This document shows, piece by piece, positions 47,741 through 58,329 of a stretch of DNA of 64,000 nucleotides. How positions within the stretch are numbered: the first letter of the stretch is position 1; the number at the start of each line of letters is the position of its first letter. The position numbers and the translations under genes are program-made. This DNA is from Alphaproteobacteria bacterium (GTDB lineage: Bacteria; Pseudomonadota; Alphaproteobacteria; Rs-D84; SZUA-605), in contig JAVBPW010000001.1 in assembly GCA_031549385.1 (NCBI GenBank), positions 256,001 through 320,000 of the forward strand, given 5' to 3'. The notes under the pieces are model-generated. The model did no database searches. It saw only the letters and a program-made list of their open reading frames with translations, and was not told the origin of the DNA.

Positions 47741-50559
47741 TATTTCAATAATTTCTTTAAGAATTTTCCTGTTGCAGAATTTGGGCTGTTTGCTATATCC
47801 AATGGTGTCCCTTCGGCTATTATTTGTCCGCCTTTGTCACCACCTTCTGGACCTAGGTCTATTACATAATCTGCTGTTTTAATTACATCTAAATTATGTT
47901 CAATAATTATCATTGAATTTCCTGCATCAACTAATCTGTGTAATACTTCTAATAATTTTTTTACATCATAAAAATGAAGCCCTGTTGTTGGTTCATCCAA
48001 TACATATAATGTTTTTCCTGTTGATCTTTTTGATAACTCTTTTGATAGTTTCACACGTTGTGCTTCACCACCTGATAGTGTTGTTGCACTTTGGCCTAGT
48101 TTTATATAACCTAATCCAACTTCTTGTAAGTACTTTAATTTTGGTGCAATTGATGGAATGTTTTCAAAGAAAATACATGCTTCGTCAATTGACATATCCA
48201 GTACATCTGCAATTGATTTGTCTTTGTATTTTACTTCCAATGTTTCTCTGTTATATCTTTTACCTTTACACTTATCACATTCTACATATACATCTGGGAG
48301 GAAGTGCATTTCTATTTTTAACACTCCATCACCTTGGCAATGTTCACAACGTCCACCTTTTACATTGAATGAAAAACGTCCTGAAGTGTAGCCTCTTGCT
48401 TTTGCTTCTGGGAGTCCTGAAAACCATTCTCTGATTGGTGTGAATATTCCTGTATATGTAGCTGGATTTGAACGTGGTGTTCTGCCAATTGGAGATTGAT
48501 CAATTTCTATTAATTTATCAATATTTTCTAATCCTTCAATTGATTTGTATTTTCCTGTTTCAACAAATCCATCTGAGAAATTCTTTTCAATTGCTTTGCA
48601 TAATGTTTCTAATACCAATGTTGACTTACCTGAACCTGATACACCTGTTACACATGTTAGTGTGTTTAATGGAATTGATACGTCTATTGTTTTTAAGTTG
48701 TTTTGACTTGCTCCGAATAGAGATAAAAATTTACCATTTCCTTGGCGTAATTTTTTAGGAACTGGGATTGTTAATTTTCCTGATAAGAATTGACCTGTTA
48801 GCGAATCAGGATTCTTTTTAATTTCATTTACTGTACCTTGAGCGACTATTTGTCCACCATGAATACCGGCAAATGGTCCCATATCTATTACATAATCAGA
48901 TGCATTCATTGTATCTTCGTCGTGTTCTACTACTATTACAGTATTATCTTTTTTCTTCAATGTTTGAAGTGTGTTTATTAACTTATCATTGTCTTGTTGG
49001 TGCAAACCAATTGATGGTTCGTCCAATACATATATTATTCCTGTTAGACCTGATCCGATTTGAGAAGCTAATCTTATTCTTTGAGATTCACCACCTGATA
49101 AAGAACCAGCTAAACGTGATAATGTTAAATATCCGATACCAACATTTTTTAAGAAACCTAAACGTTCTATTATCTCTTTTAAAATCTTTTCTGCGATTTT
49201 ATTTTGTTGTGGGGTTAAGTGTTTATGTAAGTTTTCAAATATGTTTAAAGCATCACCAATTTGATACTGATTCGCTGTTATAATATCCATGCCATTTATT
49301 TTTACACATAATGCTTTTTCATTTAGTCTGTTTCCATGACATACTGGACATTCTACTTCTCTTTGATATTGAGAAATTTCATGTAATCGGAATTGAGATT
49401 CTGTTTCTTTAAATAATCTGTCTAAATTTCCTACTACCCCTTCGTATGGTTTGTGTGTTACCCAGCCGTTCCAATCTATTGTAATTTCTTGCTCACCATT
49501 TCCAAAAAGAATTATTGTTTGATGTTCTTTTGATAAATTACGCCATGGTGTGTTTAATGGTATCTTATAGGCTTTTGATAAAGCTGTTAAAACGTGTTCG
49601 TATTGTGTTATCATTCCATTTCTTGACCATGGGGCTATTGCTCCGTTTCTTATTGATAGAGTTCTGTCTGGAATGATTAAGTCTTCTGAAAATTCATATT
49701 TAATTCCTAAACCTGAACAGTGTGGGCAAGCACCTATTGGAGCATTAAATGAGAATAATCTTGGTTCTACTTCTTCTAATGTAAAACCTGATACAGGACA
49801 TGCAAATTTGTTGGAAAATAAAATTCCTTCTTGGGTATCTAAATTTTTTACGTATGCTATTCCACCACTTATCTTTATTGCTGTTTCAAAAGAATCGGCA
49901 AGACGTTTTTCAATTTCTGGTTTCATTATTATACGATCTACTACTATATAAATATCGTGTTTCTTATTTTTATCTAAACTTGGGAATTCATCAATTTCAT
50001 AAGTTGTTCCGTCTACTTCTAATCTTACGAATCCTTGTCTTTTTAATTCAGCAACTTCTTTTTTAAATTCACCTTTTTTTTGACGAGCAAGTGGAGACAT
50101 TATTAATATCTTTGAATCTTGCTTTTCTTTCATTGTGCGATCTACCATATCTGATACTGATTGCATTGCAATTGGAAGACCTGTTACTGGTGAATGTGGA
50201 ACTCCAATTCGTGCCCACAATAATCTTAAATAATCATAAATTTCTGTTATTGTTCCTACAGTTGATCTTGGATTTCTTGAGGTTGTTTTTTGCTCAATTG
50301 AAATTGCTGGAGATAGACCTTCAATGAAGTCTACATCTGGTTTGTCTTGTAAATCCAAAAATTGACGAGCATATGATGATAATGATTCTACATATCTTCT
50401 TTGGCCTTCGGCATAAATTGTGTCGAAAGCTAAGGTAGATTTACCGGAACCTGATACTCCAGTTATTACTGTTAGAGAATTTTTTGGAATTTCTACAGAA
50501 ATATTCTTTAAGTTGTGTTCGCGGGCGCCTTTTATGGAGATTGTTTTATTATTGCTCAT
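47740..50559 (-). CDS. uvrA: Excinuclease ABC subunit A
   Basis: GAREHNLKN, two GVSGSGKST motifs, Zn fingers, two LSGGE motifs. Confidence 0.98.
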   Translation of the reverse strand: MSNNKTISIKGAREHNLKNISVEIPKNSLTVITGVSGSGKSTLAFDTIYAEGQRRYVESLSSYARQFLDLQDKPDVDFIEGLSPAISIEQKTTSRNPRSTVGTITEIYDYLRLLWARIGVPHSPVTGLPIAMQSVSDMVDRTMKEKQDSKILIMSPLARQKKGEFKKEVAELKRQGFVRLEVDGTTYEIDEFPSLDKNKKHDIYIVVDRIIMKPEIEKRLADSFETAIKISGGIAYVKNLDTQEGILFSNKFACPVSGFTLEEVEPRLFSFNAPIGACPHCSGLGIKYEFSEDLIIPDRTLSIRNGAIAPWSRNGMITQYEHVLTALSKAYKIPLNTPWRNLSKEHQTIILFGNGEQEITIDWNGWVTHKPYEGVVGNLDRLFKETESQFRLHEISQYQREVECPVCHGNRLNEKALCVKINGMDIITANQYQIGDALNIFENLHKHLTPQQNKIAEKILKEIIERLGFLKNVGIGYLTLSRLAGSLSGGESQRIRLASQIGSGLTGIIYVLDEPSIGLHQQDNDKLINTLQTLKKKDNTVIVVEHDEDTMNASDYVIDMGPFAGIHGGQIVAQGTVNEIKKNPDSLTGQFLSGKLTIPVPKKLRQGNGKFLSLFGASQNNLKTIDVSIPLNTLTCVTGVSGSGKSTLVLETLCKAIEKNFSDGFVETGKYKSIEGLENIDKLIEIDQSPIGRTPRSNPATYTGIFTPIREWFSGLPEAKARGYTSGRFSFNVKGGRCEHCQGDGVLKIEMHFLPDVYVECDKCKGKRYNRETLEVKYKDKSIADVLDMSIDEACIFFENIPSIAPKLKYLQEVGLGYIKLGQSATTLSGGEAQRVKLSKELSKRSTGKTLYVLDEPTTGLHFYDVKKLLEVLHRLVDAGNSMIIIEHNLDVIKTADYVIDLGPEGGDKGGQIIAEGTPLDIANSPNSATGKFLKKLLK

Positions 50560-50631
50560 TCTTGTAAAGATAGTGGATTTTTTTAATAATTCAAGCTATA
50601 ATTAACTCCATATATATAAGGAGAATACATT

Positions 50632-51405
50632 ATGAGCAAAGTTATTACTATGATACCAGTTAGATTGGCAGCTACTAGATTGCCTAATAAACCACTTTTA
50701 GATATTAATGGGAAGACTTTGGTTCAGAGGGTATATGAAAATGTTAAAAAGACTATTAAGGGTGATATTTGTATTGCTGCTGGAAATCAAGAAATTATGG
50801 AAGAAGCTAAAAAATTTGGAGCTATGGCTCTTTTGACTGATCCTAATTTACCTTCTGGTACTGATCGAATTGCAGCAGCGCTTAAACAAATTGATCCTAA
50901 AGGTGATAAATATGACATAGTTGTTAACTTCCAAGGGGACGCTGTTAATGTTGATCCTGATATCAATAATAAGCTTATTAAAATTATTGAAGACACTGGT
51001 TGTGATATGGCTACTTGTGGAATGGTTTTTAAATCTTTGGAAGATGCTGAAAGTCCTAATAATGTTAAGATTGTTTTGGGGTTAAAAAATGGACAAAAAG
51101 CCGGTAGAGCGCTTTATTTTACTCGTGCTTTAGCTCCTTATATCAGAAACCCTGAAAAGGTAGAAAATAAAGATTATTATCACCATATTGGAATTTATGT
51201 TTTTAAGGCTGATGCTATTAGAAAATTTTCTTCTATGGAACAAGGAGTTCTTGAAAAAAGAGAATCACTTGAACAACTTAGATTTTTGGAAAATGGATAT
51301 GCTATCCAAGCATTGATTGTAGATAAATTAAAATTACAAGATGATGCACCAGCTGATATTGATACTGAAGAAGATTTGGAGTTGGCTAGAAAAACTATAA
51401 AGTAA
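50632..51405 (+). CDS. kdsB: CMP-Kdo synthetase
   Basis: IP.RL.ATRLP.KPL, SGTDRI, VNFQGD, ALYF.R, HIGIY, ESLEQLR.LE.G. Confidence 0.95.
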   Translation: MSKVITMIPVRLAATRLPNKPLLDINGKTLVQRVYENVKKTIKGDICIAAGNQEIMEEAKKFGAMALLTDPNLPSGTDRIAAALKQIDPKGDKYDIVVNFQGDAVNVDPDINNKLIKIIEDTGCDMATCGMVFKSLEDAESPNNVKIVLGLKNGQKAGRALYFTRALAPYIRNPEKVENKDYYHHIGIYVFKADAIRKFSSMEQGVLEKRESLEQLRFLENGYAIQALIVDKLKLQDDAPADIDTEEDLELARKTIK

Positions 51406-51429
51406 TAATTAAGTATAGGAGGGATACTT

Positions 51430-52053
51430 ATGCATCACGATTTGGGAGTTAATAAATTCTTTTTTAGAATTTTACCTTATATAATTTCACTTATTTTAGG
51501 GTTTGCTATATTTGTTGTTATAGATGTGTTTGTATTAGGAACAACAATTGAAGCTATGCTTGTTGAAGTTGGTGGAGCTTTAGTTGGTGTGCCTGTGGTT
51601 TTTATTTGCTATGAAGCTGTATCTGAAATTAGTAGCTATAGATTAAAAGATATCATGTTTAAATATGCGCGAATCAATATAGACCAACCAGCAAAAGACT
51701 TAGCTGCTTTGTTTGTGAAGAAATTTAAGTTGAAAGAATTTGATCCAGATTTTTTTGATAATGAAAGAAAACGAATCGAAAGAGGACTTACTAATTATAA
51801 AGGTTTAGATGTTGATGAGTTACAACGAATCTATGATGATTTCTTTAAAGTGCTTCGTAATGAAAATGTTTATGAAGTGATTGATCATGATCAACTTCAT
51901 AATATATTTAGATTGAATAATAATTTGTCTTACTTGATTTATGAATTGAAAAGAAAAAAAGATAAAAAAATGATTTTACAAAAAATCTATAAAATTGTTG
52001 CATGTTTAGATAACTGGTTCGATTATTCTCGTCAAACATTTCTTTATAAGTAG
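51430..52053 (+). CDS. Hypothetical two-TM protein (tandem paralog 1)
   Basis: Shares VPVVF.CY, EIS..RLK, KKFKL.EFD and QLHNI motifs with the next gene. Confidence 0.75.
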   Translation: MHHDLGVNKFFFRILPYIISLILGFAIFVVIDVFVLGTTIEAMLVEVGGALVGVPVVFICYEAVSEISSYRLKDIMFKYARINIDQPAKDLAALFVKKFKLKEFDPDFFDNERKRIERGLTNYKGLDVDELQRIYDDFFKVLRNENVYEVIDHDQLHNIFRLNNNLSYLIYELKRKKDKKMILQKIYKIVACLDNWFDYSRQTFLYK

Positions 52054-52060
52054 GTGAAAA

Positions 52061-52675
52061 ATGAATAATAAATTGTATAAAATATTTTTTAAAAGTTTAC
52101 CTCTTTTAATGTCATGTATTATAGGGTTACTTATTTTCTTTATTGTGGATATTATTGTTTTTAAAGAAAGTATTAGCTTTTTAATGCGTAATTTGGGAGC
52201 TATATTACTTAGTGTGCCAGTTGTATTTGTTTGCTATCAAATTGCTTATGAAATTAGCTTGGAGCGATTAAAGGGAATATTATTTAAAAAGGCTAGAGTG
52301 CAAATTGATTCTTATTGTTCAGCTTTAGCAGTTATTATTATAAAAAAGTTTAAATTGGAAGAATTTGATACAGATGTGTTTGAAAGAAAAAAAATTAAAG
52401 CTTATCTTAAACCTTATAAAGAATTTGATTTAAAGCATTTAGATTCCATTAGAAAAGGTTTGAATAATTTATTAAGAAATAGGGATGTTAATACTGTGTT
52501 AGATTCTGTGCAGCTTCATAATATTTATGAAATAAATAGTAATTTATCTTTTTTAATTAAAGAATTAAAAGGTGAAAAAGATAAAGTTCTTATAGAAAAG
52601 AAATTAGAAAATATTGTTCAACTTTTATGTAAATGGATTTCTTATTCAAAAGAAGAGTTATTGTATATAAAATAA
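52061..52675 (+). CDS. Hypothetical two-TM protein (tandem paralog 2)
   Basis: Aligned end to end with the upstream ORF. Confidence 0.75.
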   Translation: MNNKLYKIFFKSLPLLMSCIIGLLIFFIVDIIVFKESISFLMRNLGAILLSVPVVFVCYQIAYEISLERLKGILFKKARVQIDSYCSALAVIIIKKFKLEEFDTDVFERKKIKAYLKPYKEFDLKHLDSIRKGLNNLLRNRDVNTVLDSVQLHNIYEINSNLSFLIKELKGEKDKVLIEKKLENIVQLLCKWISYSKEELLYIK

Positions 52676-52702
52676 AAAAATCCCCAAAAGGGGATTTAAT
52701 TT

Positions 52703-53239
52703 TTATTCTTTGCAACAATTTACACTGTCACGTACCCATGCTCCAAGAGATGAAAATACTCCCTTTTTTTCTGTATCGTTTTTGTGCATTGCTTTGTCGT
52801 CTATTTTCTTTATTCCTTCTGTGGTGATTAAATTCATATTGAGTCCCCAGAACAATGAATATAGTTCATATGCTTTATCAAATAAGTCATAAGCTTCTTT
52901 TTTATTTCCATTGCCTAATGCTTTTGTTCCAACTTCCATTACTCTCATTGAAGCGGCTAGCAAATGCTTTGAAATACACCAAACTTCGCCTTCGTATTTT
53001 GTTATGATTTTTCCTAATAATTCTTTTCTCATTTCACGAATTGGATTGATTAAATCATAATATCCTGGCTTTTGAAGTTTTGCACCTGTGAAAAAGAAGT
53101 GTTCTTCTAAACTTATCAAGTTCATTATAGCAATTGATAAATCTTGGTCTGATGAAAGGTCTAATGGGTTTTTTTTCTTTGCATCATCCATTTTTGTGAT
53201 TAATTCTTCCATCGATAATTTTTTTGGTTCTTTAGACAT
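52703..53239 (-). CDS. Conserved hypothetical helical protein
   Basis: DLSIAIMNLISLEEH, WCISKHLLAASMR..EVG; AGGAG ribosome-binding site. Confidence 0.8.
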   Translation of the reverse strand: MSKEPKKLSMEELITKMDDAKKKNPLDLSSDQDLSIAIMNLISLEEHFFFTGAKLQKPGYYDLINPIREMRKELLGKIITKYEGEVWCISKHLLAASMRVMEVGTKALGNGNKKEAYDLFDKAYELYSLFWGLNMNLITTEGIKKIDDKAMHKNDTEKKGVFSSLGAWVRDSVNCCKE

Positions 53240-53251
53240 TATTTAACTCCT

Positions 53252-53737
53252 TTATACTATAAATGCAAAGATTGCTGTTAAGATTATTAATATACCTACT
53301 GGCATTACTACTTTTTGAAATGCAAAGTGTGCGTGTCCACCATTTTTTGCTTTTAAATATTGATACCAGACGTTTCCAAAATATAGACCAAAGCTTCCTA
53401 GTACTATTCCTAATAAAATTTTATCTATACCCCATAGAGTGTGTTGTCCATATTGAACATTTGGTAGTAAGTAAATTGAAAATGTTAGAGAATAATAAAT
53501 TAGAACATTTAATATTTTTGTCCAAGTTGCTGTTATGTTCTTTTTTTCTAAATAATTATTTGTCCATACTATTAGTGATACTGTTAATCCACCCATCCAA
53601 ATTGATACTAGTAAATCGTCGATACCTAACCAACGTGAAACGCCTAATCCTGCACCTACTGCAACTGTACATACTGGGCAAACTGCATTTGCTGTTGTTG
53701 ATGCTAGTAATGTTAATAATGCTAATAATTTATACAT
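53252..53737 (-). CDS. Conserved membrane protein with an N-terminal CPVC motif
   Basis: Signal peptide, CPVCTVAVGAGLG.SRWLGIDD, 4-5 TM helices. Confidence 0.8.
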   Translation of the reverse strand: MYKLLALLTLLASTTANAVCPVCTVAVGAGLGVSRWLGIDDLLVSIWMGGLTVSLIVWTNNYLEKKNITATWTKILNVLIYYSLTFSIYLLPNVQYGQHTLWGIDKILLGIVLGSFGLYFGNVWYQYLKAKNGGHAHFAFQKVVMPVGILIILTAIFAFIV

Positions 53738-53833
53738 TTTGTAAATCTCCCCTTTGATTTAATTAATGCTGTAATGAGAGCATATCATAAGAGTTATTGC
53801 AATAAAAAATTATTTTAATTGTGGGAAATTTAG

Positions 53834-53910
53834 TGGCGTACCCAGAAGGATTTGAACCCTCAACCTCTTGATCCGTAGTCAAGTGCTCTATCCAATTGAG
53901 CTATGGGTAC
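53834..53910 (-). tRNA. tRNA-Arg(ACG)
   Basis: Reverse complement GTACCCA...CTTGA-CT-ACG-GA-TCAAG...TGGGTAC-G-CCA. Confidence 0.95.
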
Positions 53911-53960
53911 TTTTATTACAAAAGAGCATATTATATTGCTTTTGGTAAAATTGCAAGATT

Positions 53961-54158
53961 TTATTCGATTTCTTGCTGAATCTCTATATTCGCTGGGTCT
54001 TGAAGTTCTAAATCTTGAGTTTCTGTGGGGATTGCTCTTTGAGTTTCAATTTGTTCAATTATCCATGTGTCTAGGTTATCGTAGAATAATTTGTAGGCTC
54101 CATAAATTGCAAATATATAAACTATTACTATCCAAAGTGTTTTAAGATATTTACTCAT
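53961..54158 (-). CDS. Small single-TM protein
   Basis: 65 aa; AGGAG in the upstream gene; co-directional with the operon. Confidence 0.6.
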   Translation of the reverse strand: MSKYLKTLWIVIVYIFAIYGAYKLFYDNLDTWIIEQIETQRAIPTETQDLELQDPANIEIQQEIE

Positions 54159-54159
54159 T

Positions 54160-54564
54160 TTATAGTTCTTCTCCTATTTGGTTTATTATTTTTGATATTT
54201 GCTTTATTTGTTTATCGTCATAATAAAGTGATGCTATTTTTTGATATTGGCTTACTATTATTTTTATGTCCTTGCCTAAATAAATCAATTCACATATTGC
54301 GCAAAGAATTATTGATTTAATAAAAGAATCTTTAATATCTGTATTATTTTTCTTTAAAAGCTCTTCCAAATAAGATTGATGTTCTATTGTTGTTTTATAA
54401 ATTTTATTCACTGTAGCATTTTTGGGAGTGCCTAAATTTTCTATATTTTCTAACATCAAATCTTTGATATTGTTTTCATCAAGTTCAAGAAGATTACCGT
54501 AAACTTTTTGAACTGCAAACAAACGAGAGGTTAAATTTTCTTCTATTGTCTTTTCTTTATACAT
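54160..54564 (-). CDS. nusB: NusB-like protein (divergent)
   Basis: SRL.AVQ..Y, IL.AI.EL, IIV.QY..IA; helical, 134 aa. Confidence 0.6.
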   Translation of the reverse strand: MYKEKTIEENLTSRLFAVQKVYGNLLELDENNIKDLMLENIENLGTPKNATVNKIYKTTIEHQSYLEELLKKNNTDIKDSFIKSIILCAICELIYLGKDIKIIVSQYQKIASLYYDDKQIKQISKIINQIGEEL

Positions 54565-55099
54565 AACTTTCCATTTTTATTTTTAAAATACCTATAGGTT
54601 TTCTTATATCATTTTTTGAGTAAAAGTCCAATTCTATTTTTTGTTTATTATCATAGAATAAAAAAATGTCTTTATCTTGAGCTTGATTTGTTTTTTCAAA
54701 GATTAGAAAATCATTAGGCTTAATATTTAAGTTCTTATATATAAAATCATGTTCTGTTAATCCAAAATATTGTTTTTTAGGGTCTAAGACAAATGATGCT
54801 ATTGGAAAAGATGTCTTTAAAGTATTTAAATTTTTTGCATATACTGGAAGAAATTTTAAATTGTTTTCATCTTCTTGAACTTGATATGTTTCTTTCTTTC
54901 TTATTATTATTGCTCTTTTTTGAAGAGGGAGCATTGTTATATATTCTTTCTTTTCAAGTTCTTTTAATAAATTTGATATTGATGATTTTGATTTAAGAGA
55001 TTGATGTTCTTTCATTTCTTCAAATGTTGGAGAAAACCCATTTTCTTCAATGTAATTTTTAATATAGGACAACAACATATGCTGCTTTTTTGTTAGCAT
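54557..55099 (-). CDS. lexA: LexA-like repressor with a degenerate peptidase domain
   Basis: MLTKKQ..LL.YI......GFSPTFEEM.....LKSKS DNA-binding domain; no Ala-Gly cleavage site or GDSM motif. Confidence 0.65.
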   Translation of the reverse strand: MLTKKQHMLLSYIKNYIEENGFSPTFEEMKEHQSLKSKSSISNLLKELEKKEYITMLPLQKRAIIIRKKETYQVQEDENNLKFLPVYAKNLNTLKTSFPIASFVLDPKKQYFGLTEHDFIYKNLNIKPNDFLIFEKTNQAQDKDIFLFYDNKQKIELDFYSKNDIRKPIGILKIKMESYV

Positions 55100-55135
55100 C
55101 TTATTTTCTCTTTTAGTTAAATATTATTTAACAGT

Positions 55136-56476
55136 CTATAGAGAACTTAAATTTTTTTCAAGCCAGTTTTGTGAGTAGTTGCCAGATATAAATCCTTCAT
55201 TATTTAATATTTTTAAATGAAGAGGGATATTTGTCTTTATTCCTTCAATTACAAATTCACTTAATGCTTTCTTTAGTTTTTCAATTGCATCAGCTCTGTC
55301 TTTACCATGAACTATTACTTTTCCTATCATAGAATCGTAATTTGATGGAACTGTGAAACCTTCATAAATGAATGAGTCAAAACGTAAACCTTCTATGTTT
55401 GGCACAACTAACTTTGTTATTTTGCCGGGATTTGGTAAGAAAGTTTCTGGATCTTCAGCATTAATACGGCATTCAATTGCATGACCTTGTGGTCTTAGAT
55501 AACGTTGTCTTATTGATAAATCTTGCCCATTTGCTATTCTGATTTGTTCTTTTACTAAATCAACACCAAATACTTCTTCTGTGATTGGATGTTCTACTTG
55601 TAAACGTGTATTCATTTCCATGAAATAGAATCGATTGTTTTCAAATAAGAATTCAAATGTTCCAGCTCCTCTGTATTTCATTTTTTCTACAGCTCTTTTT
55701 GCTGTTTCCCAAATGTAATCTCTTTGACGTGATGTTAATGTTGGAGCAAGTGCTTCTTCGATTACTTTTTGGTGACGTCTTTGAACTGAACAATCTCTTT
55801 CTCCGATTGCTACTGCTCTTCCACGTCCATCACCGAAGATTTGAACTTCTATGTGTTTTGGATCTGTTAAGTATTTTTCCATATATACAGCTGGATTTCC
55901 AAAGGCTAGTTCTCCTTCTTTACGAGCTGAAAGGAATGCTTCTGTTAGTGCATCTTCTTCGAATACTTTTCGAATTCCACGTCCACCACCACCATAAGCT
56001 GCTTTTAATATTACAGGATAACCTATTTTTTCAGCCATCTTTTTTGCTTGTTCAATTGTAGCAATTTCACCGTTTGAATCTGGCACAATTGGAAGACCTG
56101 ATGATTTTGCTGTTTCTTTTGCAGCAATTTTATCACCCATTTTTTTAATATCGCTTGGTTTTGGTCCTATAAACATTAGACCATGTTTTTCTATGATTTC
56201 TGCGAATTCTTCGTTTTCAGATAAAAATCCATAACCTGGATGAATTGCATCACAACCTGTTATTAATGCGGCTGTTACTAATGCAAATTTATTTAAATAA
56301 GATTCTTTTACACTTGCTGGTCCTATACATACTGCTTGGTCAGCTTTTTTTACATGTAAAGATGTTTCGTCTGCTTTAGAATATACTGCTACAGTCTTGA
56401 TACCCATTTCTTTGGCAGCTCTTATTATTCTTACAGCAATTTCACCACGGTTGGCTATTAGGATTTTTTTTATCAT
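55136..56476 (-). CDS. accC: Acetyl-CoA carboxylase biotin carboxylase
   Basis: ILIANRGEIA, HPGYGFLSEN, ERDCSVQRRHQK, EMNTRLQVEH. Confidence 0.97.
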   Translation of the reverse strand: MIKKILIANRGEIAVRIIRAAKEMGIKTVAVYSKADETSLHVKKADQAVCIGPASVKESYLNKFALVTAALITGCDAIHPGYGFLSENEEFAEIIEKHGLMFIGPKPSDIKKMGDKIAAKETAKSSGLPIVPDSNGEIATIEQAKKMAEKIGYPVILKAAYGGGGRGIRKVFEEDALTEAFLSARKEGELAFGNPAVYMEKYLTDPKHIEVQIFGDGRGRAVAIGERDCSVQRRHQKVIEEALAPTLTSRQRDYIWETAKRAVEKMKYRGAGTFEFLFENNRFYFMEMNTRLQVEHPITEEVFGVDLVKEQIRIANGQDLSIRQRYLRPQGHAIECRINAEDPETFLPNPGKITKLVVPNIEGLRFDSFIYEGFTVPSNYDSMIGKVIVHGKDRADAIEKLKKALSEFVIEGIKTNIPLHLKILNNEGFISGNYSQNWLEKNLSSL

Positions 56477-56480
56477 GATT

Positions 56481-56918
56481 TTAATCTATTATAAATAATG
56501 GAGTTTCAAATTCTACGCTTTGGCCATCTTTTACTAAGATATCTACTATTTTGCCTTCTTTTGGAGCTTTGATAGGATTAAATGTTTTCATAGCTTCAAT
56601 TAAGCATAGTGTTTCACCAGCTTTTACTGTTTGACCTTTTTTAACATAGTTTTGAGCTTGTGGTTCTGGAGATAGATATGCTACTCCTACCATTGGTGAT
56701 TTGATTGTTTCGCTTGTTGCAGATGGTTTGCAGTTTTCTGGAGTTGCTACTGAGCATGCGTCTGCTTGTACTGATGAGCCACCTTGAATTTGTTGATTTG
56801 ATACGCTGACTTCAATGTCGTTAATTTTTGCAGCGATTTGTGTTATATTATTTTGTTTCAACTTATTTGACAAAAAATCAATAAGAGTATCTAACTCTTT
56901 TAAATTTTTCTCATTCAT
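56481..56918 (-). CDS. accB: Biotin carboxyl carrier protein
   Basis: SPMVG, EAMKTFN biotinylation motif. Confidence 0.95.
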   Translation of the reverse strand: MNEKNLKELDTLIDFLSNKLKQNNITQIAAKINDIEVSVSNQQIQGGSSVQADACSVATPENCKPSATSETIKSPMVGVAYLSPEPQAQNYVKKGQTVKAGETLCLIEAMKTFNPIKAPKEGKIVDILVKDGQSVEFETPLFIID

Positions 56919-57013
56919 TTGTTTTCCTTGTTTTTTATTAATACTCGCGAAAGTATAGTAAAAATTTAGGAATTATTCAAGAAATTTATTTTATAGTAGT
57001 TTTTACTTGTGGA

Positions 57014-57352
57014 TTACTTGATAAACTCTAGCTTTGTTACTGCTGCATAACCAAAATATGTATTGATTTTATCGCAAATTGTTTTTTCTTGATGAGATAT
57101 TATTGTTACTATTGCAGGGTTTACTGCTTTTAATAATAATGTTTGAGAATTTGGTTTTAATCTTTGTGGGATTATTAAAGTTGCTACATTTTCTCCTACT
57201 ATTGATTTCCAATTGCTTAATAGCTTTGTTTGAGAAAAGCCACTTTTAGAGTCTAGTTTATTTAGAATCGAGAAAATTGATGAATCTACTAAATTTAAGC
57301 CTTGTGCTTTTCGTGTGCTTAAATTTAATGGAACTATTTCTTTTTTCTTCAT
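57014..57352 (-). CDS. DciA/DUF721 family protein
   Basis: W.SIVG, P.RL, I.DKIN.YFGY.AV. Confidence 0.85.
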   Translation of the reverse strand: MKKKEIVPLNLSTRKAQGLNLVDSSIFSILNKLDSKSGFSQTKLLSNWKSIVGENVATLIIPQRLKPNSQTLLLKAVNPAIVTIISHQEKTICDKINTYFGYAAVTKLEFIK

Positions 57353-58275
57353 TTTATACTTGCTGATTTGCTCAATATATATTTTTTTAGTTTTTCGAAT
57401 GCGGAATTTTCTATTTGTCTTATACGTTCTTGAGAAATGTTTAATTTATCGCCTAGTTCCCTTAAAGTCATAGGATTATCGCTTAAGCGTCTTTGGACTA
57501 TAATTTCTTGTTCTCTTTTCGTTAGTGTATTTAATCCATCAATTAAATATTTTTTTAAATGTGTTTGAAGTTCTTTATTAATTACTAAATCTTCTGATGA
57601 ACTTTCAGATGATGGAATAAAATCAAGATGCTCTGATTTGTCTTCATTGTTTGTTTTTGTGTTTAATGAATAATCACCTTGAAGACGCGCATTCATTTCT
57701 ACTACTTCATTTTCTTCTACATTTAATTTTTGAGCTATTTTCTTTATTTTTTCTGGAGACATTTCTTTGTCTTCATATACACCTAACATATCTTTTGTTC
57801 TTCTTAAACCAAAGAATAACTTCTTTACATTTGCTGATGAACTTATTTTTACCATTGACCATGAAGATAATATGTATTCTTGTATGAAAGCTTTTATCCA
57901 CCAGATTGCATATGTCGTTAAGCGAAATCCTTTTTCAGGTTCAAACTTTTTAATGGCTTGCATTAATCCTATGTTTCCTTCAGAAATTAAATCACTTAAT
58001 GGAAGACCATAGTTTTTAAAATCGTATGCTACTTTTACTACTAAACGAAGATGAGATGATATTAACATCTTTGCTGCTTCTTGATCACCGCTTTCTTTAT
58101 ATTTTTTTGCTAGCTCTTGTTCTTGTTCTTCTGTTAGATATGGAAACTTTTGGATGGCTTGAATGTATTTTTTTAAACCAAGCGCAGAATCGTGACCTAG
58201 AGAAGGTAAAGTAGTTGTTGCTTCTACTAAATCTTTTCCGGTTTCTTTTGATGGTTTCTTATTTTCTTTTTTCAT
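57349..58275 (-). CDS. rpoH: RNA polymerase sigma factor RpoH
   Basis: SHLRLVVK.A, DLISEGNIGLM.A.KKF.PE.GFRL.TYA.WWI.A.I.EYIL.SWS.VK, KKLFF.LR RpoH box. Confidence 0.95.
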   Translation of the reverse strand: MKKENKKPSKETGKDLVEATTTLPSLGHDSALGLKKYIQAIQKFPYLTEEQEQELAKKYKESGDQEAAKMLISSHLRLVVKVAYDFKNYGLPLSDLISEGNIGLMQAIKKFEPEKGFRLTTYAIWWIKAFIQEYILSSWSMVKISSSANVKKLFFGLRRTKDMLGVYEDKEMSPEKIKKIAQKLNVEENEVVEMNARLQGDYSLNTKTNNEDKSEHLDFIPSSESSSEDLVINKELQTHLKKYLIDGLNTLTKREQEIIVQRRLSDNPMTLRELGDKLNISQERIRQIENSAFEKLKKYILSKSASIK

Positions 58276-58329
58276 TTCTGCCTCTTTATATAAGGGGAGT
58301 TAAATAAATTTAAAGACTTCCCTTTAAAT

